Assembly (NCBI GenBank): GCA_964016885.1
Contig: OZ024740.1
Span: forward strand, 166,532,001 to 166,596,000
Direction: 5' to 3'
Length of the DNA: 64,000 bases
DNA from: Eledone cirrhosa
Lineage: Eukaryota
Under the pieces are notes generated by a model, which did not search any database, was not told where the DNA came from, and worked only from the letters and a program-made list of their open reading frames with translations. The position numbers and the translations under genes are program-made. Positions 27,547 to 41,277 of the stretch are shown here, piece by piece (the stretch's first letter is position 1; the number at the start of each line of letters is the position of its first letter).

Positions 27547-28162
27547 TGAAAAAATCGGGAGAAGAATACTGCAGGTTGCACATGGATAACATGTTATAAA
27601 AAGAGTCCCTCATCAGTGATTTGCCAACGATCATAGATATTTCATTGCATTAAAAATCATATACCTCACGTTGGTGCAATAATAACTAAATTAAGTTATT
27701 AGGACAATTAAAACGCGTAAAGCGAGTGAGACAAGTAACAACAAAGAGAAAAGCTAACCGTAGATAGGAAGGGGACAAGCTACATAGTTATTCTGTCAGC
27801 ATAAGCTGGGTGAATATATGAGCACGTAGAAAAAAGACCTTTCGAGATGAATCCAAATGTAAGAAAGAAGGAAATTGTTTTCGTCGCGAACGGGGTGAAG
27901 TGAGAAGGGGAGAAACAGTGAGTGAGTGAGTGGAAGTGTGAGGAAGAGGTCAGTAGAGAGAAAGTGTTAACTGACATGACAGAGGTGGCGAAAGAAAGTA
28001 AGAGAAACAGAGAGAACGATGGAGCAGTAAGAGAGAGAGAGAGAGAAAAAGAGAATCGCAGTTTAGGTAAATATATGTGAAAAAATAGGGAGAAGAATAC
28101 TGCAGGTTGCACATGGATAACATGTTGTAAAATGAGTCCCTCATCAGTGATTTGCCAACGAT
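27547..28162 (-). repeat. ~85-bp direct repeats (27547-27632 / 28077-28162) bracketing ~445 bp
   Basis: GGGAGAAGAATACTGCAGGTTGCACATGGATAACATGTT...GAGTCCCTCATCAGTGATTTGCCAACGAT occurs twice. Minus strand has CTGATGA but no GAAA. Confidence 0.8.
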
Positions 28163-28172
28163 ATATATATAG

Positions 28173-28512
28173 TTAAAGAAAGAAGAGTAACATGGTTGGC
28201 TGTACAATAAGGGCTTTATTTAAAGTACTGACGATTGTTTCGTTGATCAGGTTTGTCTAGAGTTTGCTAATCGCTTGAGCTTGCGTCAATCGATCTCCAA
28301 TACACTGTTTACCATTGTTTACCACTCGAGTGAAGTATTTTCATATCTACGTGCTCTGATGTGTTGACCAGTGGTAAACAATGATTGGAGATCGATTGAT
28401 GCAACCTCAAGCGATTAGCCAACTCTAGACACACCTGATCAACGAAACAATTGTCAGTACTTTAAATAAATCCATTATTGTATAGCCAACCACGTTACTC
28501 TTTTACTTTAAT
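28173..28512. repeat. Fold-back element (arms 28173-28325 / 28371-28512) with a long-loop HHR at 28351-28460(+)
   Basis: GTGCT-CTGATGT-GTTGACCAG...CTGATCAAC-GAAAC-AATT-GTC-AGTAC. Confidence 0.82.
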
Positions 28513-28796
28513 TATTATTACTCCGAGTATAATCTGCATAGACATTACCGTGATCTGGCTGCATAACTATAGAAACATCTTGTTGAGTCAAACAAAGCCG
28601 TACGTTAAAACTATCCACGACGCGGAGCACTCTGACCAGATTACTTATAACGATAACTTGTTTATCCCATATAAAAATATATATATATATATATATATAT
28701 AAATACATATATTTATTTACGTAGAGTTCGGAGCGTATATGCATAAACTTTCTTTGGTTTATTTTGCATATAAATACATATATACATTTAGCTATT

Positions 28797-28983
28797 ATTA
28801 GATAATTGTTTCTACTTTAGGCACAAGGCCAGCAATAACCCAGTGCATTACTGGTACTTTATTTTATCGACCCCGTAAGGATGAAAGGCAAAGTCAACCT
28901 CGGCGGGATTTGAACTCAGATCGTAAAGGGACGTAACTATGCTGGAAAGCATGGCGTCCGACCCTCTACCGATACTGCCAATC
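28797..28983 (-). mobile_element. tRNA/MESC SINE
   Basis: Reverse complement of the 21851 unit. Confidence 0.9.
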
Positions 28984-29224
28984 CATATTAGATAATGAAC
29001 GTGCATCGTTAAGTGTTTTGTGATACCACTACTTAATATTTTTGTAGTAAACGTCATTCACAGAAGAGTTAAGGAGACAGGTATAAACATGATATGACTC
29101 ATCAAGGCAAAACTAGTTCATTTCCAATCTTAACACATGCTGACTGATTGCCTGATAATTAAAGCTAATTCATTATTATTAGTAGTACTAATATCATTAT
29201 CGTTATCGACATCACTAATACTAC

Positions 29225-29318
29225 TTTTACTACTACTACTACTGGTGTTGCTACTACTACTACTACTACTACTACTACAACTGTTGCTGCTGCTGCTGCT
29301 CCTGCTGCTGCTGCTCTG

Positions 29319-29363
<45 letters not shown>

Positions 29364-29432
29364 TCACTACTATTGCTGCTGCTGGTTGTGCTCCTCCTCC
29401 TCCTCCTCCTCCTCCTCCTCCTCCTCCTCCTC

Positions 29433-29514
<82 letters not shown>

Positions 29515-29525
29515 CACTACTACTA
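29225..29525. repeat. Compound trinucleotide microsatellite (CTA/CTG/CTC)n
   Basis: Visible directly. A separate (TATG)n lies at 29888-29972. Confidence 0.95.
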
Positions 29526-30461
29526 AAAATAGTAACACTAATAATAATAATACTTCAATTTTGTCCGGAAACACAGGAGTACATTTAATGCATTTTGTAG
29601 GAAATTCGTGTAGCTCCTAAACGACGCATTTGGAAGTCATTAAGCTCCCTGTGGACTTCAAAAATATATTAAATTCTATTCAATTTAAAATAGTGTAGAA
29701 GGCGTCTCTTTGGCTAAAATGTATTTACTTGCGGAGAAGCAGATGCTTTTGCATTTTGAGTCGATTACTTCTGCCACTAGAAAACGATACCAACATTTTA
29801 TATGCAAGAGATTCATTGCGTTTTTTTTTTTAATTCTTCAGTTCATGTCATAAAAGGTAAATAATGGGCCTTGTCATAATTCATGACCGTATGTATGTAT
29901 GTATGTATGTATGTATGTATGTATGTATGTATGTATGTATGTATGTATGTATGTATGTATGTATGTATGTATGAATATATGCACACACAGATATATATAT
30001 ATATGTGTGTGTATATAAAATGTGTGTGTATGTGCCTTTAGTTATGAGACTATTTTACTGTTTTAAACAAGTTTCAACCCTCATGACACTTTTCAAGACT
30101 ATTGAATGACAATCGTTATGAGAGATGCATAAATAGTTTTGAAATTAACAAAGAGAAAAAAAAAGAAAAGAAATGATGGAATAAGCCACGTTTCAAGTGA
30201 GGAGACAGCAAATGAAATTATATCGAAGTTGAAGCACTAACTTAAGGTATTCGGATAAATGTATCTGGGATTGGTTAACTAAAATGTATGTCCTTTGATT
30301 TATGGACAATAATTATTTTTGAAGGTAACATGATGCATACCAAATTAACTGCAATGATAATATTAATATAACGTGTATATATTAGGAAAGACAAATAATC
30401 CATTTCACAAAACGCTCAAACGGGGGTTCATAAATTGTTGTTTGTATGAAACAATTTCGCC

Positions 30462-30705
30462 GCAGAAGGCTTAATCTTCCCGTTCCGCGGTGGCAAACCC
30501 CTCATCTGGGATGCCACTTGCACCGACACTTTCTGCAGCCGCAACCTGGTGCAATATGCGACTGGCCCAGGTTCTGCTGCACGTCGGGCTGAGGGGGCCA
30601 AACTCCTCAAATACCGGTCGCTCTCCGACAGTGGAGACTTCTGGTGTCCTCGATCCCAGAGCTACATCCTTACTCACCACCATAGGCGCTGAGCTGGCCA
30701 GCCGC
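30462..30705 (+). pseudogene. Restriction-like endonuclease relic of a CRE-like non-LTR retrotransposon
   Basis: Hand translation: EGLIFPFRGGKPLIWDATCTDTF...GSAARRAEGAKLLKYRSL, then a frameshift to VETSGVLDPRATSLLTTIG. Confidence 0.75.
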
Positions 30706-31446
30706 AGGCTTAAAAGATGTGTTGTAAAAACTTCTGTTAGAGGCGAGAAATACTGGGAAACATTAATCAAACGTAGTTTGCCAGAATTACTAAAACAAAG
30801 AGGTCAACAATTCAAAATAGGTAGTACATACACATCATCTAACTTGTTCATGTTTTTCAAACGACCTTTCAATATTCATGTTTCTACAATCAACGATTTT
30901 GCTTGTGAAAAAATAAAAAGATTGTATTGGCCACACATTCTTTTGCTGACAACGTATATAAAACTTAACAATGAGAAAATAAAATGTCTTACAATTTACT
31001 GAATGTGTCAAATTTTATACAAAAGGGCCGTTATCAAATTTAGTATATATATTCAGAATATATTTAGATGTAACATCGGTTACATAAGCAGCACATGATT
31101 TATGATTTATCTTGAAGCTTTCATCTATTTCGGTAATTCAAGAAAGCCAACTTCGAGTTTGACTTTCTCCATTAATCACGTTATTTAATTATGTTTGATA
31201 TTACAATGCAGTAAAGAACAATGATATATCATATATGTATCCCTATATATATACGCCATACAGTATAATATGTGACAACAATTTGATGAGGCAATGCATA
31301 TATAAACTGTTGAGCGTGATTTGTCTATTTGCATGTATACTTTTAGATGTTCATAGCTTAAAAATAAAAGTGTATATAACAGTTGATCTAAGATGTTTCT
31401 CCTTCTCTTTTTATCCAAACCTCTTGCAAAATCTGTCTAGCGATTC

Positions 31447-31660
31447 TTACCTGAAACATTCTAACCCATAGTATCGGAGCTGTGATCTGTCAATTCGGAA
31501 AAATAGAGGCTCTACAAGAAGTGAATGTGTAGCAAGTGCATGTCGGAGATCACTTTCTGTCGAGTTAAGTAACACCATACTATCTGCAAATTGAAGGCGA
31601 CTGATGTTACACCTCCCAGTCGCGAAACACTTCGAGCCCGGCTGCACATGTCAATGCTGT
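31447..31660 (-). pseudogene. Small RTE-like RT fragment
   Basis: CNISRLQFADSMVLLNSTESDLRHAL resembles the LFADD motif region. Confidence 0.55.
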
Positions 31661-32553
31661 TCTGGAAAAACCTTTTCTACCTTGTCTCCGTTGATTTTTT
31701 AAAAAACAGATTAGTCGTATATTTTATATATTGAGAGCCCAACACATCTTATATATCTTAAAACGTAATCTAATTTCTTTTGTAATGTAATGTTTTTTAA
31801 TGTATAAAGAAAATTATTTGTCACAGGAATGCCACCACTTATAATAACATTTCGTCGGAGATAGAGTTGCAAAATTTAATAACCGGTGTGTGGTGCCGGT
31901 GGGGTGTGCTAGCGTGTGTATGTGGGGGTAGGGGTGGGGCGGCCGGTGTTTTTAAAGGTTCTGGAAGACATATGCGGTTTGGGAGGGACGATTACTCGAG
32001 AGTATATATATATATACATACTCACACAAATATAGCTATGAAAAAGTAGAACAATAAATATAACAAAATAAATATAAATGATAATTGTAAAGCGGCAAAC
32101 CAAAGCAACGGGATCTGACCACTATCTGACCAACATACATGAATACAATACTAATCCCCTGTGGATGTCGGCTTTTGTTTCCCGCATATGTGAAGATAAT
32201 GACAAAGAAATTATATCAACGTTGAGAACAGTTGTAATGGACATTTGACAGAGGTTAATTTTGTCGGTGAATCAAATACAAGTGCTTGAAACGGCCAGAT
32301 AAAATAAATCTCCACGGCAAGCAGGAAGGGGCGTTATGGCATGAAAGGCGGACAGAAGCTATGCTTAAACAACGAGAAGTATTGAAGATAACGATTGATT
32401 GTGTACAAAGAAAGTAGTCGGATGTCTGCAGATGCTTCTAAGAAGAAGGAAGAGGAGGAGAAATTATTCCACTAATTCATTCACGTATGTGTGTATTTGG
32501 ACGTATTCGGTATTGTAGCACACGTAATTACGCAAATATTTCAACATATAAAC

Positions 32554-32594
32554 ACACTACCATACAAATAAATTCACACACACGCGAGTTCGCA

Positions 32595-32631
<37 letters not shown>

Positions 32632-32686
32632 TAGAGCATGCAATTATATATGTTAGTATGTATATATATTTACATGCATATATATA

Positions 32687-32738
<52 letters not shown>

Positions 32739-32848
32739 TGCGAACTTGCGTGTGTATGAATTTATTTGTATGGTAGTGTATATATATATATATAAATATG
32801 CTTGTAAATACATATACATACTAACATATATACTTGCATGCTCTAGTA
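32554..32848. repeat. Interleaved inverted repeats A-B-A'-B' separated by (TA)n
   Basis: A 32554-32598 pairs with A' 32735-32779. B 32629-32680 pairs with B' 32797-32848. Confidence 0.85.
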
Positions 32849-34643
32849 CACACACACACACTCAACCAGAAACGTCGTTTGTGATTATTGTTCAGAACCT
32901 ATGCCTTTGGAAAGTCTCTGCCAAGCAGCCATATTTCACTACCAGCTGTTTGAATGATGTAAAAACGTATTTTAGATGTGAAATCACAAGAGAAGTAGAT
33001 GATGTTCAGTATTATATAGACTGAAATCCACTTATTAACAAGCAATGCTGGAGCCAGTAGTGTCAATAACAGGTCGTTGTATGTTAAAACATGAAATTTC
33101 TCTAAGAATTAAATATGCAGAACAAAGCAATTAATTAAAGACTAGCAGTAAATAAACTGCTCTCTTACTGCAATAAGGATTTCCACATTTTCACAAGCCA
33201 TCTATTTTACGGATGTGTTGAGAAAATTGATTCTACCGAAGGAGTTAACCAACGTTAAATAAGAAAAGATCAAAACATTTCTAAGTTATAAACGACAATT
33301 TGTAAAGGTAACGCTACACAGACATATAGGAATCATCACAGCTGGTGGAGCCGATATACACATAAAAGAAAGAAAAATAGAAACTAACATGTTTACTCAT
33401 TACAGTAATAGTAAATCATGCTTGTCCACTCTCACATAATACTTCCAGTTACCTCCCTTCATTTCTGTAAGTAAAACAGTAATACATTGCTGCGTACATC
33501 TAGGAAACAGTTACAAGAAATCGCACTGTTTGATTTCTGAGATTTGCAAGGATTTTGCCAGAAGCACATCGAACAGTGTTTTATTAATCACACAGACACA
33601 CACACACATACTTTCTCGTTCTTTCTCTCTCACTTTCCATCCTTCTTTCTTTCTTTCTTTCTCTCTCATAAAATCTGCTCATTCTCCTTCTCTGTTTAAA
33701 TGTAGGCTAGTTATTTTTCTTTTCTATATCCGTGTAGTAAACGACCTTCTATGGCAAAGATCTTCCACAAATAGTAACAAACGAAAAGATACCGGTATTT
33801 GTTTGAAATCCTGACCTACAATATTTTGAGTATCGGCAAATTATGGATTGAGCTGGTAAGAACGCAACATGAATTTGAACGGTGACATTTTCTAAAAATA
33901 TTTCTTGTATTATCAGATGTGCCCTTGTTTTTATAACGATATAGAGTGATAAGCATACATATCTAGGCATGCATGCATGTATACATACAAGCATGCATAT
34001 ATACATACACACTACATATAAATATACGTAGATATATACATGCCCAAAGTTATATTAATTTGTTTGCGGATTGTGTATGTGAGTGTGCGTATGTGTGTGT
34101 TCTGATAAACATATACATCTATTTACTTAGATTTAAGTAGGCATAATTGGATTTAATTTGGTGAGATTGATGAAGTTAAATTTCCTCTTCAATTGTGTTG
34201 GTAACAGACTACTAGATGGAACACATCCATAAGGAAGAATTTCCACGGAGTCCATGTTCTAGAAAGAACCTATGTTTCTGAGAGATATCATATATGATAT
34301 CAGTGTGGTGAAGAAAAGCCATCCAAAATAATGATGAACACTTTATTGGGGGCCTCACATTAGCTATGTCAAATATAAGCAATGGCTGGGAGTAAACAGT
34401 TTTGATGATGGGTGAAAAGAAACGTTAGGATTGCCTTTTCCAATAGAGATTCCGAGAGATATTGAATTCTAGCAATTGAAGCACATCGTAAAACATCCAA
34501 AAGCATGATGGTGGTGTTTCCTGGAGATAATGATAAAGCTTCATGCTATGCGCACTGATTATATTATTTAGCTTTGAATATACACTCACACACATATACA
34601 TACCTATAGACACACACATATATATATATGTATTTATATATAC

Positions 34644-34682
<39 letters not shown>

Positions 34683-34821
34683 GCACATAAATTTCAATGT
34701 ATGTATGCATATATAACATATTTTATGTATATTTATTCAGTGAGCGACATAAACACATTCCGACATGAACGCTCACATATACACATATAGTCATACGAAT
34801 ATATATATCTATCTATCTATA

Positions 34822-34911
<90 letters not shown>

Positions 34912-34918
34912 CTATATC

Positions 34919-34959
<41 letters not shown>

Positions 34960-35197
34960 ATTCGTACGTGATTTAAAACCCTACGTGATTTGGATTAATT
35001 TCCTCTTGCTCCTGAAGTGTAAATATATATTGACTGCTTAAGCTGCAAAAAGGTACCCGAGAGAATTCAGGCTTTCTTGTTTATATGTAGAAGAAATTGA
35101 ATTGCATTTATTTATTTAGATGTGATATAGTCGCTCAAATCTATAGGTTGGCGAGCCAGCGTTGTATGTTTATACGTATCGGTATATATGAAAGTAT

Positions 35198-35297
<100 letters not shown>

Positions 35298-36373
35298 GCG
35301 TGTGTGTGTGTGTGCATGTAATCATATCCCTTTCTTTCTATATACACACACACAAATATATATATATATATATGTATGTATGTAAGTGTGTGCGTGTGTT
35401 TGTGTGTGTGTGTGTTTGCGCGTGTGTGTGTGTGTGTTTGTTTACGTGTATATGTGTATGTATCCGCATACATATATACGCACACACAGGCCTACATATA
35501 TATGCATATGTGCATTTGCATAAAATGTAATAAGTCTTCTTTTTACCAATGTGCTATGAACTTATTCATCGAAATTTTGCCACGTAAGGTTGAAGTAATT
35601 GCTGAAATATTTCTTAGATTTAATCATATATGTTCCTCATATATGCTTACATTCAGAAACTTACATTACATGTGTATCCAAGCATATTCATATAAAACAT
35701 ATTAACATTTACACATATTCACACAAACTGACAGGCTATATGCAGATACATAACACATGTATGTAAAAACATCCTGATTCTCTTACGCCTGCGAAACTGT
35801 CTACCTTGTTTTATATTCGCAGTATATCACACATAATGACTCCCTCTTTGGCAAATAAACAACAAAGAGCATTAACAGATTTGTAAACACATAAGCATGT
35901 ACACAGCTGCCCATGCAAGCATAAACACATACGAGTTCTCGCATATGAACAGTATATATGAGACAATAAATGGAGTATTCTCTGGGTTACTTGCTAGAAA
36001 TAGTAACTAAATCTCTCTTAAAACCACCTCAGTTACCCTCTTACTATATTAGCTTTATATCAAGGGGTAAACTTTCACAGTTAGAACTTTTTGAAAGGTT
36101 TGCGCTAGATTGAAACACAAAAGGTATGTGGATAAAGATAGCCAAATATATACACATAAAGCTCTACACATGCACTGGAAGATTGTGTTCTTAAATGCAA
36201 TATGCTTGGAAAAAAATGATATTTTTGCCAAGTTTAGAATGGCATTGCATATAGTTCTACTTAATCACACACACGCATACAAAATCAAAACATTTACACA
36301 AATGTTTGTGTAAATACACATGTATGCAAGGATACATGCATACATACACAGACACATACTCACTCACACGTGC

Positions 36374-36490
<117 letters not shown>

Positions 36491-36491
36491 C

Positions 36492-36524
<33 letters not shown>

Positions 36525-36542
36525 CATATATATTTATATATA

Positions 36543-36591
<49 letters not shown>

Positions 36592-36592
36592 T

Positions 36593-36626
<34 letters not shown>

Positions 36627-36879
36627 GTTTTGCGAGGTTTTTTATATGAAATCGTGTGTCGAAACAGATATTGTTATATTTGGGGAGGGTCATATTTGCG
36701 TAATATTGCCAGAATTAATAACAGAACACACTCACTGTTTGGTTGGTTTTCGCTTCTCGCTGTCTTTTATATATATATATCTGCGATCTAACTTACTCGG
36801 TCCTCAATGTTGCCATTGACTGACCGGCGGTCAAAAATAATACAGATACAATATAGACAAACACATATATATATAGTTT

Positions 36880-36920
36880 ACATAAATCTTTCGTTGCACA
36901 TCTGCAACATCGTCAGTGGT
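36880..36920 (-). ncRNA. Minimal hammerhead at the 3' end of the intact PLE
   Basis: CA-CTGACGA-T-GTTGCA-GATG-TGCAAC-GAAA-GATTTA-TG, ~270 nt downstream of the ORF stop on the same strand. Confidence 0.75.
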
Positions 36921-37188
36921 GTTATATTCATTGTTCCTCCTGTTGTGTTGTATGTCTACGCCATTTTTTTTGTTCAGTCTGTCTATATATTTATTTATTT
37001 ATTTGCGTGTTTGTTTATCTTATTTTATTTTGTCTTCTTTGCGCATGCGTTTGCGTGTGTGTATAGTGTTATGTGTGATGTGTGACTAGTGTGTATAGTG
37101 TTGTGTCTGCTGGGTGACAAGTGTGTGTTTATGTGCTTGTGTATGTATTTATTTATCTTATTTTATTTTATTTAATTTACTTATTTAT

Positions 37189-39990
37189 TTATACTTCTCT
37201 TAGGTCAGTGTTGTTTGTTTCGGTGTTGTTGTTGTTCCACTCATTCTTTCTGTTTAGCTTTGGTCTTCTAATTTCTATTTCACTGGCCTCTCTGATTTTC
37301 CTATCTGCTGGGTCATTCCTATGTTTAGATATTATTCTAATTTCTATGTTGTCTATGTTACCGTCATGATGTTGTCTAGCATGTTCGTATAGTACTGACC
37401 CGTTTTTTCGTCCTTTTAGTTCCCCCCAGTGTTGGTCTATCCTTTCACCTATGCTACGAGCTGTCTCACCTATGTATGTTGTTGTCGTGTTTCTGCAAGT
37501 ACCCTCTGTACATCTTATGCTATAGACTACGTTTCTAGTTTTACAGTTTATCCGGGGGTTCACCTTACATATGATACATTTCCTATTGGTACAGTGGGTT
37601 TTCTTAAAAGGGTAGGTTTTGCTGATCAGGGATTTTATGGTGGTTCCTGGCTTTTCTACCACCTTTATTTTTAAGTGGGTCTTTCTCAGGGCCTTTCTAC
37701 ACTGGTTAGCTAATTTCCCTCCAGGGGTGGCGTCCACAAACATGACACTCTGATATCTCTGGTTGTCGTACCATGATGTGGCCTTCCCAATCTTATGTCT
37801 AGCCCTATCTAAGCTATTCCATGATTTGCTCCTGTATAGTGGGCAAATTCCTTTCATGTCCAGTTCTATGAGGGTCTTATACTTTTCCATGGCTCCTTCG
37901 TATACTCTGACTCTGTCTCTTTGGTTGTAGCCAGAGAACTGCATGCGGTTGATGAAGTGTTGGATGTGTCCTTCCATTTCTGTTGGGTCGCACATGCTGG
38001 ACACATTCTTCATCACTCGTACCAAATCTGCGATCAGAATATTAAACTTAGCACTACTGGACATTGCTGAGTTTTTGAGTATCAGGTATTTGGAGGCCAT
38101 GGGTTTAGCATAGTGTGAGTGGAGAATTTGGGCTCTCTCGTCTATAGTGTTAATCCAGAGTTCTGTGTCTAATACAGGTAGTCTATTGTTAGGGTGTTTG
38201 GAAGGGAAGTCTATAGTTACAGTTATACTCTGGTGTATGGAATTAGCTATCTGCTGGATGCTTTCCATCGTGCTACGTTCTAAATCAAACTTGTTAGTGC
38301 TCTCTAGTGGGGGTGTTCTTATAACTATATTGATATCGTCTACATAACGAGAGTACATGATGAAGTCTATGGAGCTTTCATTAAGGAGATCTTTAAGTCT
38401 CCTTTCCCACCATACCATGAAAAGGTTGGCAACATCGCCAGCTATGCTGACGCCGATGGCTGCTCCCTCATTTTGGGTGTAGATTTTCTCATTGAACTTA
38501 AATATGTGGCCCTTTAGGGTAGTTTTGATACTAGCCCCTATTGCATGTGCGACCATTTTTCTTACCTGATCAGTGTTTTGGGGGGTCCGTATAGCTTTGG
38601 TCCACCCAATCCACCTTCCTATGGGAGTCTTTTTAGCCATTGAGGTTATGGTGGGGAGTCTACCTCTTATAGGTCTACTAGGGCAGAAACATCTAAGGTC
38701 ATGGCTGTCTAGGTAGTCAGTGTCGTAGGTAAGTCTAAGTAGGAGGCCCAGTTCGTCTGTGTCGACGTCGCAGATCTCCACCTCACTCTCAATGATCATC
38801 TCCACACATCTTTTCACAGCAAAATCAATGTTAATGGATGGGTACAGTGACACCACATCCATGCTGCCTATTATGCAGTTGGATAGGCTCCTGTTTTTGT
38901 TGCACTCACTGATTCTGCTGAGGAGGTCCTCTGTACTTTCACATACATCTGGGGACATCTTGATTATGGGGCGTATAACCATTGAGAGGAAGTAGGAGAT
39001 CCTGTAGTTGCTAGCTATATTAGCTCCGCATACAGGTCTTGTTGGTGGTCCTGTTGTCGGGTCGTCGACTGTCTTGTTGTCTTTGCGGAGCCCATACAAG
39101 GGTGGTATGCCATTGTTAGACGCCTGGAAGTTGTTGGCAGTGCGTCTGCTTGGCTTTAGGATGTCAGTCCACATCATCATGTGAGCGTTGAGGATTTTTT
39201 CTCTCCCATCGTGTGTTAGTTGTGCAACTTCGCTCGTGTTGGTGATGTGGGGTTGCATTGCCTCGATGTAGTTCGGCATGCTATCTATTGACATCCTACC
39301 AGACTTATCTGTGGGTAGACACACTACCTCACCATCCCTTGTGCGCTGCTTGAGGCTAACCAAGCCTTCTACAGGTTTTATCCCAAGTTGTTGGGCCTCT
39401 GGTCTGCTCTGTCTCATAGTGTACCTGTCTACTACTTGTCTAATCTTATTTCTAGCTATGGTGAACTGTGCCTCCGTCTCGTCATCTATTTGTTGTGGTA
39501 TGCAAACTCTTTTATTAAAGGGTAACCTCGTAGGACAGATATTACCCATCTTATATGTTTTGTCAGCTGGGTTGAAAAATAGTTTCTCTAAGGGGTTGTC
39601 GTTATTTCTATCGTCATAGTTATGTGTGTTGCTATTATTGTTATCATGGTGGTTGTTGTTGTTTCTATCATTAGCATTAATATTATTATTGTTATGATTG
39701 CTAGATGTATTGTTGTTTACTTCACCGTTATTGTTGTTGTTGTTACTGCTATTTCTACCATTGTGGTTGTTACTATTATTATGTTTCTTGTTTTTGTTGA
39801 TGTTGCTACATGTACTATTTCCATTATTACCACTGTGGTTATTGTTGTTGTTGTTGTTCGTATTGTTACCGTTATTACTACTGTGGTCACTGTTGCTGTG
39901 TCTGTGGTTAACGTTTCTATTATTATTATTATTGTGGTTGTTGTTGTTCTGTCTATCGTTAGTATTATTACCATTATCACTATTTCTCAT
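37189..39990 (-). CDS. Apparently intact Penelope-like RT + C-terminal GIY-YIG endonuclease ORF (~933 aa from the ATG at 39990), Neptune/Nematis-like, with an Asn-rich N-terminus
   Basis: [50 protein letters not shown], Cys linker, [35 protein letters not shown], with no stops. The ORF-track extension to 40419 is microsatellite read-through. Confidence 0.92.
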   Translation of the reverse strand: MRNSDNGNNTNDRQNNNNHNNNNNRNVNHRHSNSDHSSNNGNNTNNNNNNNHSGNNGNSTCSNINKNKKHNNSNNHNGRNSSNNNNNNGEVNNNTSSNHNNNNINANDRNNNNHHDNNNSNTHNYDDRNNDNPLEKLFFNPADKTYKMGNICPTRLPFNKRVCIPQQIDDETEAQFTIARNKIRQVVDRYTMRQSRPEAQQLGIKPVEGLVSLKQRTRDGEVVCLPTDKSGRMSIDSMPNYIEAMQPHITNTSEVAQLTHDGREKILNAHMMMWTDILKPSRRTANNFQASNNGIPPLYGLRKDNKTVDDPTTGPPTRPVCGANIASNYRISYFLSMVIRPIIKMSPDVCESTEDLLSRISECNKNRSLSNCIIGSMDVVSLYPSINIDFAVKRCVEMIIESEVEICDVDTDELGLLLRLTYDTDYLDSHDLRCFCPSRPIRGRLPTITSMAKKTPIGRWIGWTKAIRTPQNTDQVRKMVAHAIGASIKTTLKGHIFKFNEKIYTQNEGAAIGVSIAGDVANLFMVWWERRLKDLLNESSIDFIMYSRYVDDINIVIRTPPLESTNKFDLERSTMESIQQIANSIHQSITVTIDFPSKHPNNRLPVLDTELWINTIDERAQILHSHYAKPMASKYLILKNSAMSSSAKFNILIADLVRVMKNVSSMCDPTEMEGHIQHFINRMQFSGYNQRDRVRVYEGAMEKYKTLIELDMKGICPLYRSKSWNSLDRARHKIGKATSWYDNQRYQSVMFVDATPGGKLANQCRKALRKTHLKIKVVEKPGTTIKSLISKTYPFKKTHCTNRKCIICKVNPRINCKTRNVVYSIRCTEGTCRNTTTTYIGETARSIGERIDQHWGELKGRKNGSVLYEHARQHHDGNIDNIEIRIISKHRNDPADRKIREASEIEIRRPKLNRKNEWNNNNTETNNTDLREV

Positions 39991-40000
39991 TTCCTGCCAT

Positions 40001-40105
40001 TGTATATATATATATATACATATGTATATATATATGTATTTATCTGTTTTACATATACGTGTATATATATATATATTTATGTATACATGCATACATTCAC
40101 GTATA

Positions 40106-40161
<56 letters not shown>

Positions 40162-40266
40162 TATACGTGAATGTATGCATGTATACATAAATATATATAT
40201 ATATACACGTATATGTAAAACAGATAAATACATATATATATACATATGTATATATATATATATACA
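40001..40266. repeat. ~266-bp perfect palindrome centred on (TA)n
   Basis: TATTTATCTGTTTTACATATACGTG...CATTCACGTA / TACGTGAATG...CACGTATATGTAAAACAGATAAATA. Confidence 0.92.
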
Positions 40267-40865
40267 TTCACGCGCACACACACACACGCACACACACTCA
40301 CACACGCACACACACACGCACATATATATAGGAGGTGCATACGCATACATACACGCAAAGCACACGCAGGCAATAAGATTAAGCAGGTCGTAAAACGTAC
40401 CAGTATAACATAAATACAATATAAAATGAAAAGAACACTAAATAAAACAATGTGATAGTTCTTACGAAGCATATGTATGCCTTTAGCAGTAGAAAGTTTC
40501 TGGATAGGAACCTCTTTGGGAAAGAAAACGAGGAGTAGTTTGAATACCAAGGGAAATATCATATATAGCCTGTAAGAACATTGCGGTCGTAAAGATCTCA
40601 AAATAAAGATGAAGGATTTCTGCATTATGTTTTGATATATGTATCATTCAGGTTGAGGCTTTCGCTTCGTTTATTGTTGTATGGCGACGAACATGGCGAC
40701 GACTATGACTTTGATGGTGATGGTAGTGTTGATGATTATGATCTAGACTGTGTGCTTCACTCGTAGAGGTATAAACATTTGCATGTAACGATGTCTCTCA
40801 TTTTCTCGTTCTTTCTCTCTATATATGTATACATACATATTATATATGTATGCGAGTGTGTGGGA

Positions 40866-40915
<50 letters not shown>

Positions 40916-40930
40916 CACACACACACACAC

Positions 40931-40987
<57 letters not shown>

Positions 40988-41083
40988 TACATATATATAT
41001 ATATATATGTACATATACCATATACATATATATATATATATATACATGCATACACACACACACCAACACACACACATATATGT

Positions 41084-41115
<32 letters not shown>

Positions 41116-41194
41116 TTAAATGAAAAGTATAGACATTATTATGAGCAAGAAGAAGCACACAGTATTTCGTAATAAGTGACTATAGCGTCAAAAC

Positions 41195-41277
<83 letters not shown>

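Noticed and set aside
29137-29588. Poly-L/Y/S/V ORFs (also 41726-42103 and 60229-60558)
   Set aside because: Trinucleotide microsatellites.
39991-40419. N-terminal 143 aa of the 1076-aa ORF
   Set aside because: Microsatellite and palindrome read-through. The plausible start is the ATG at 39990.
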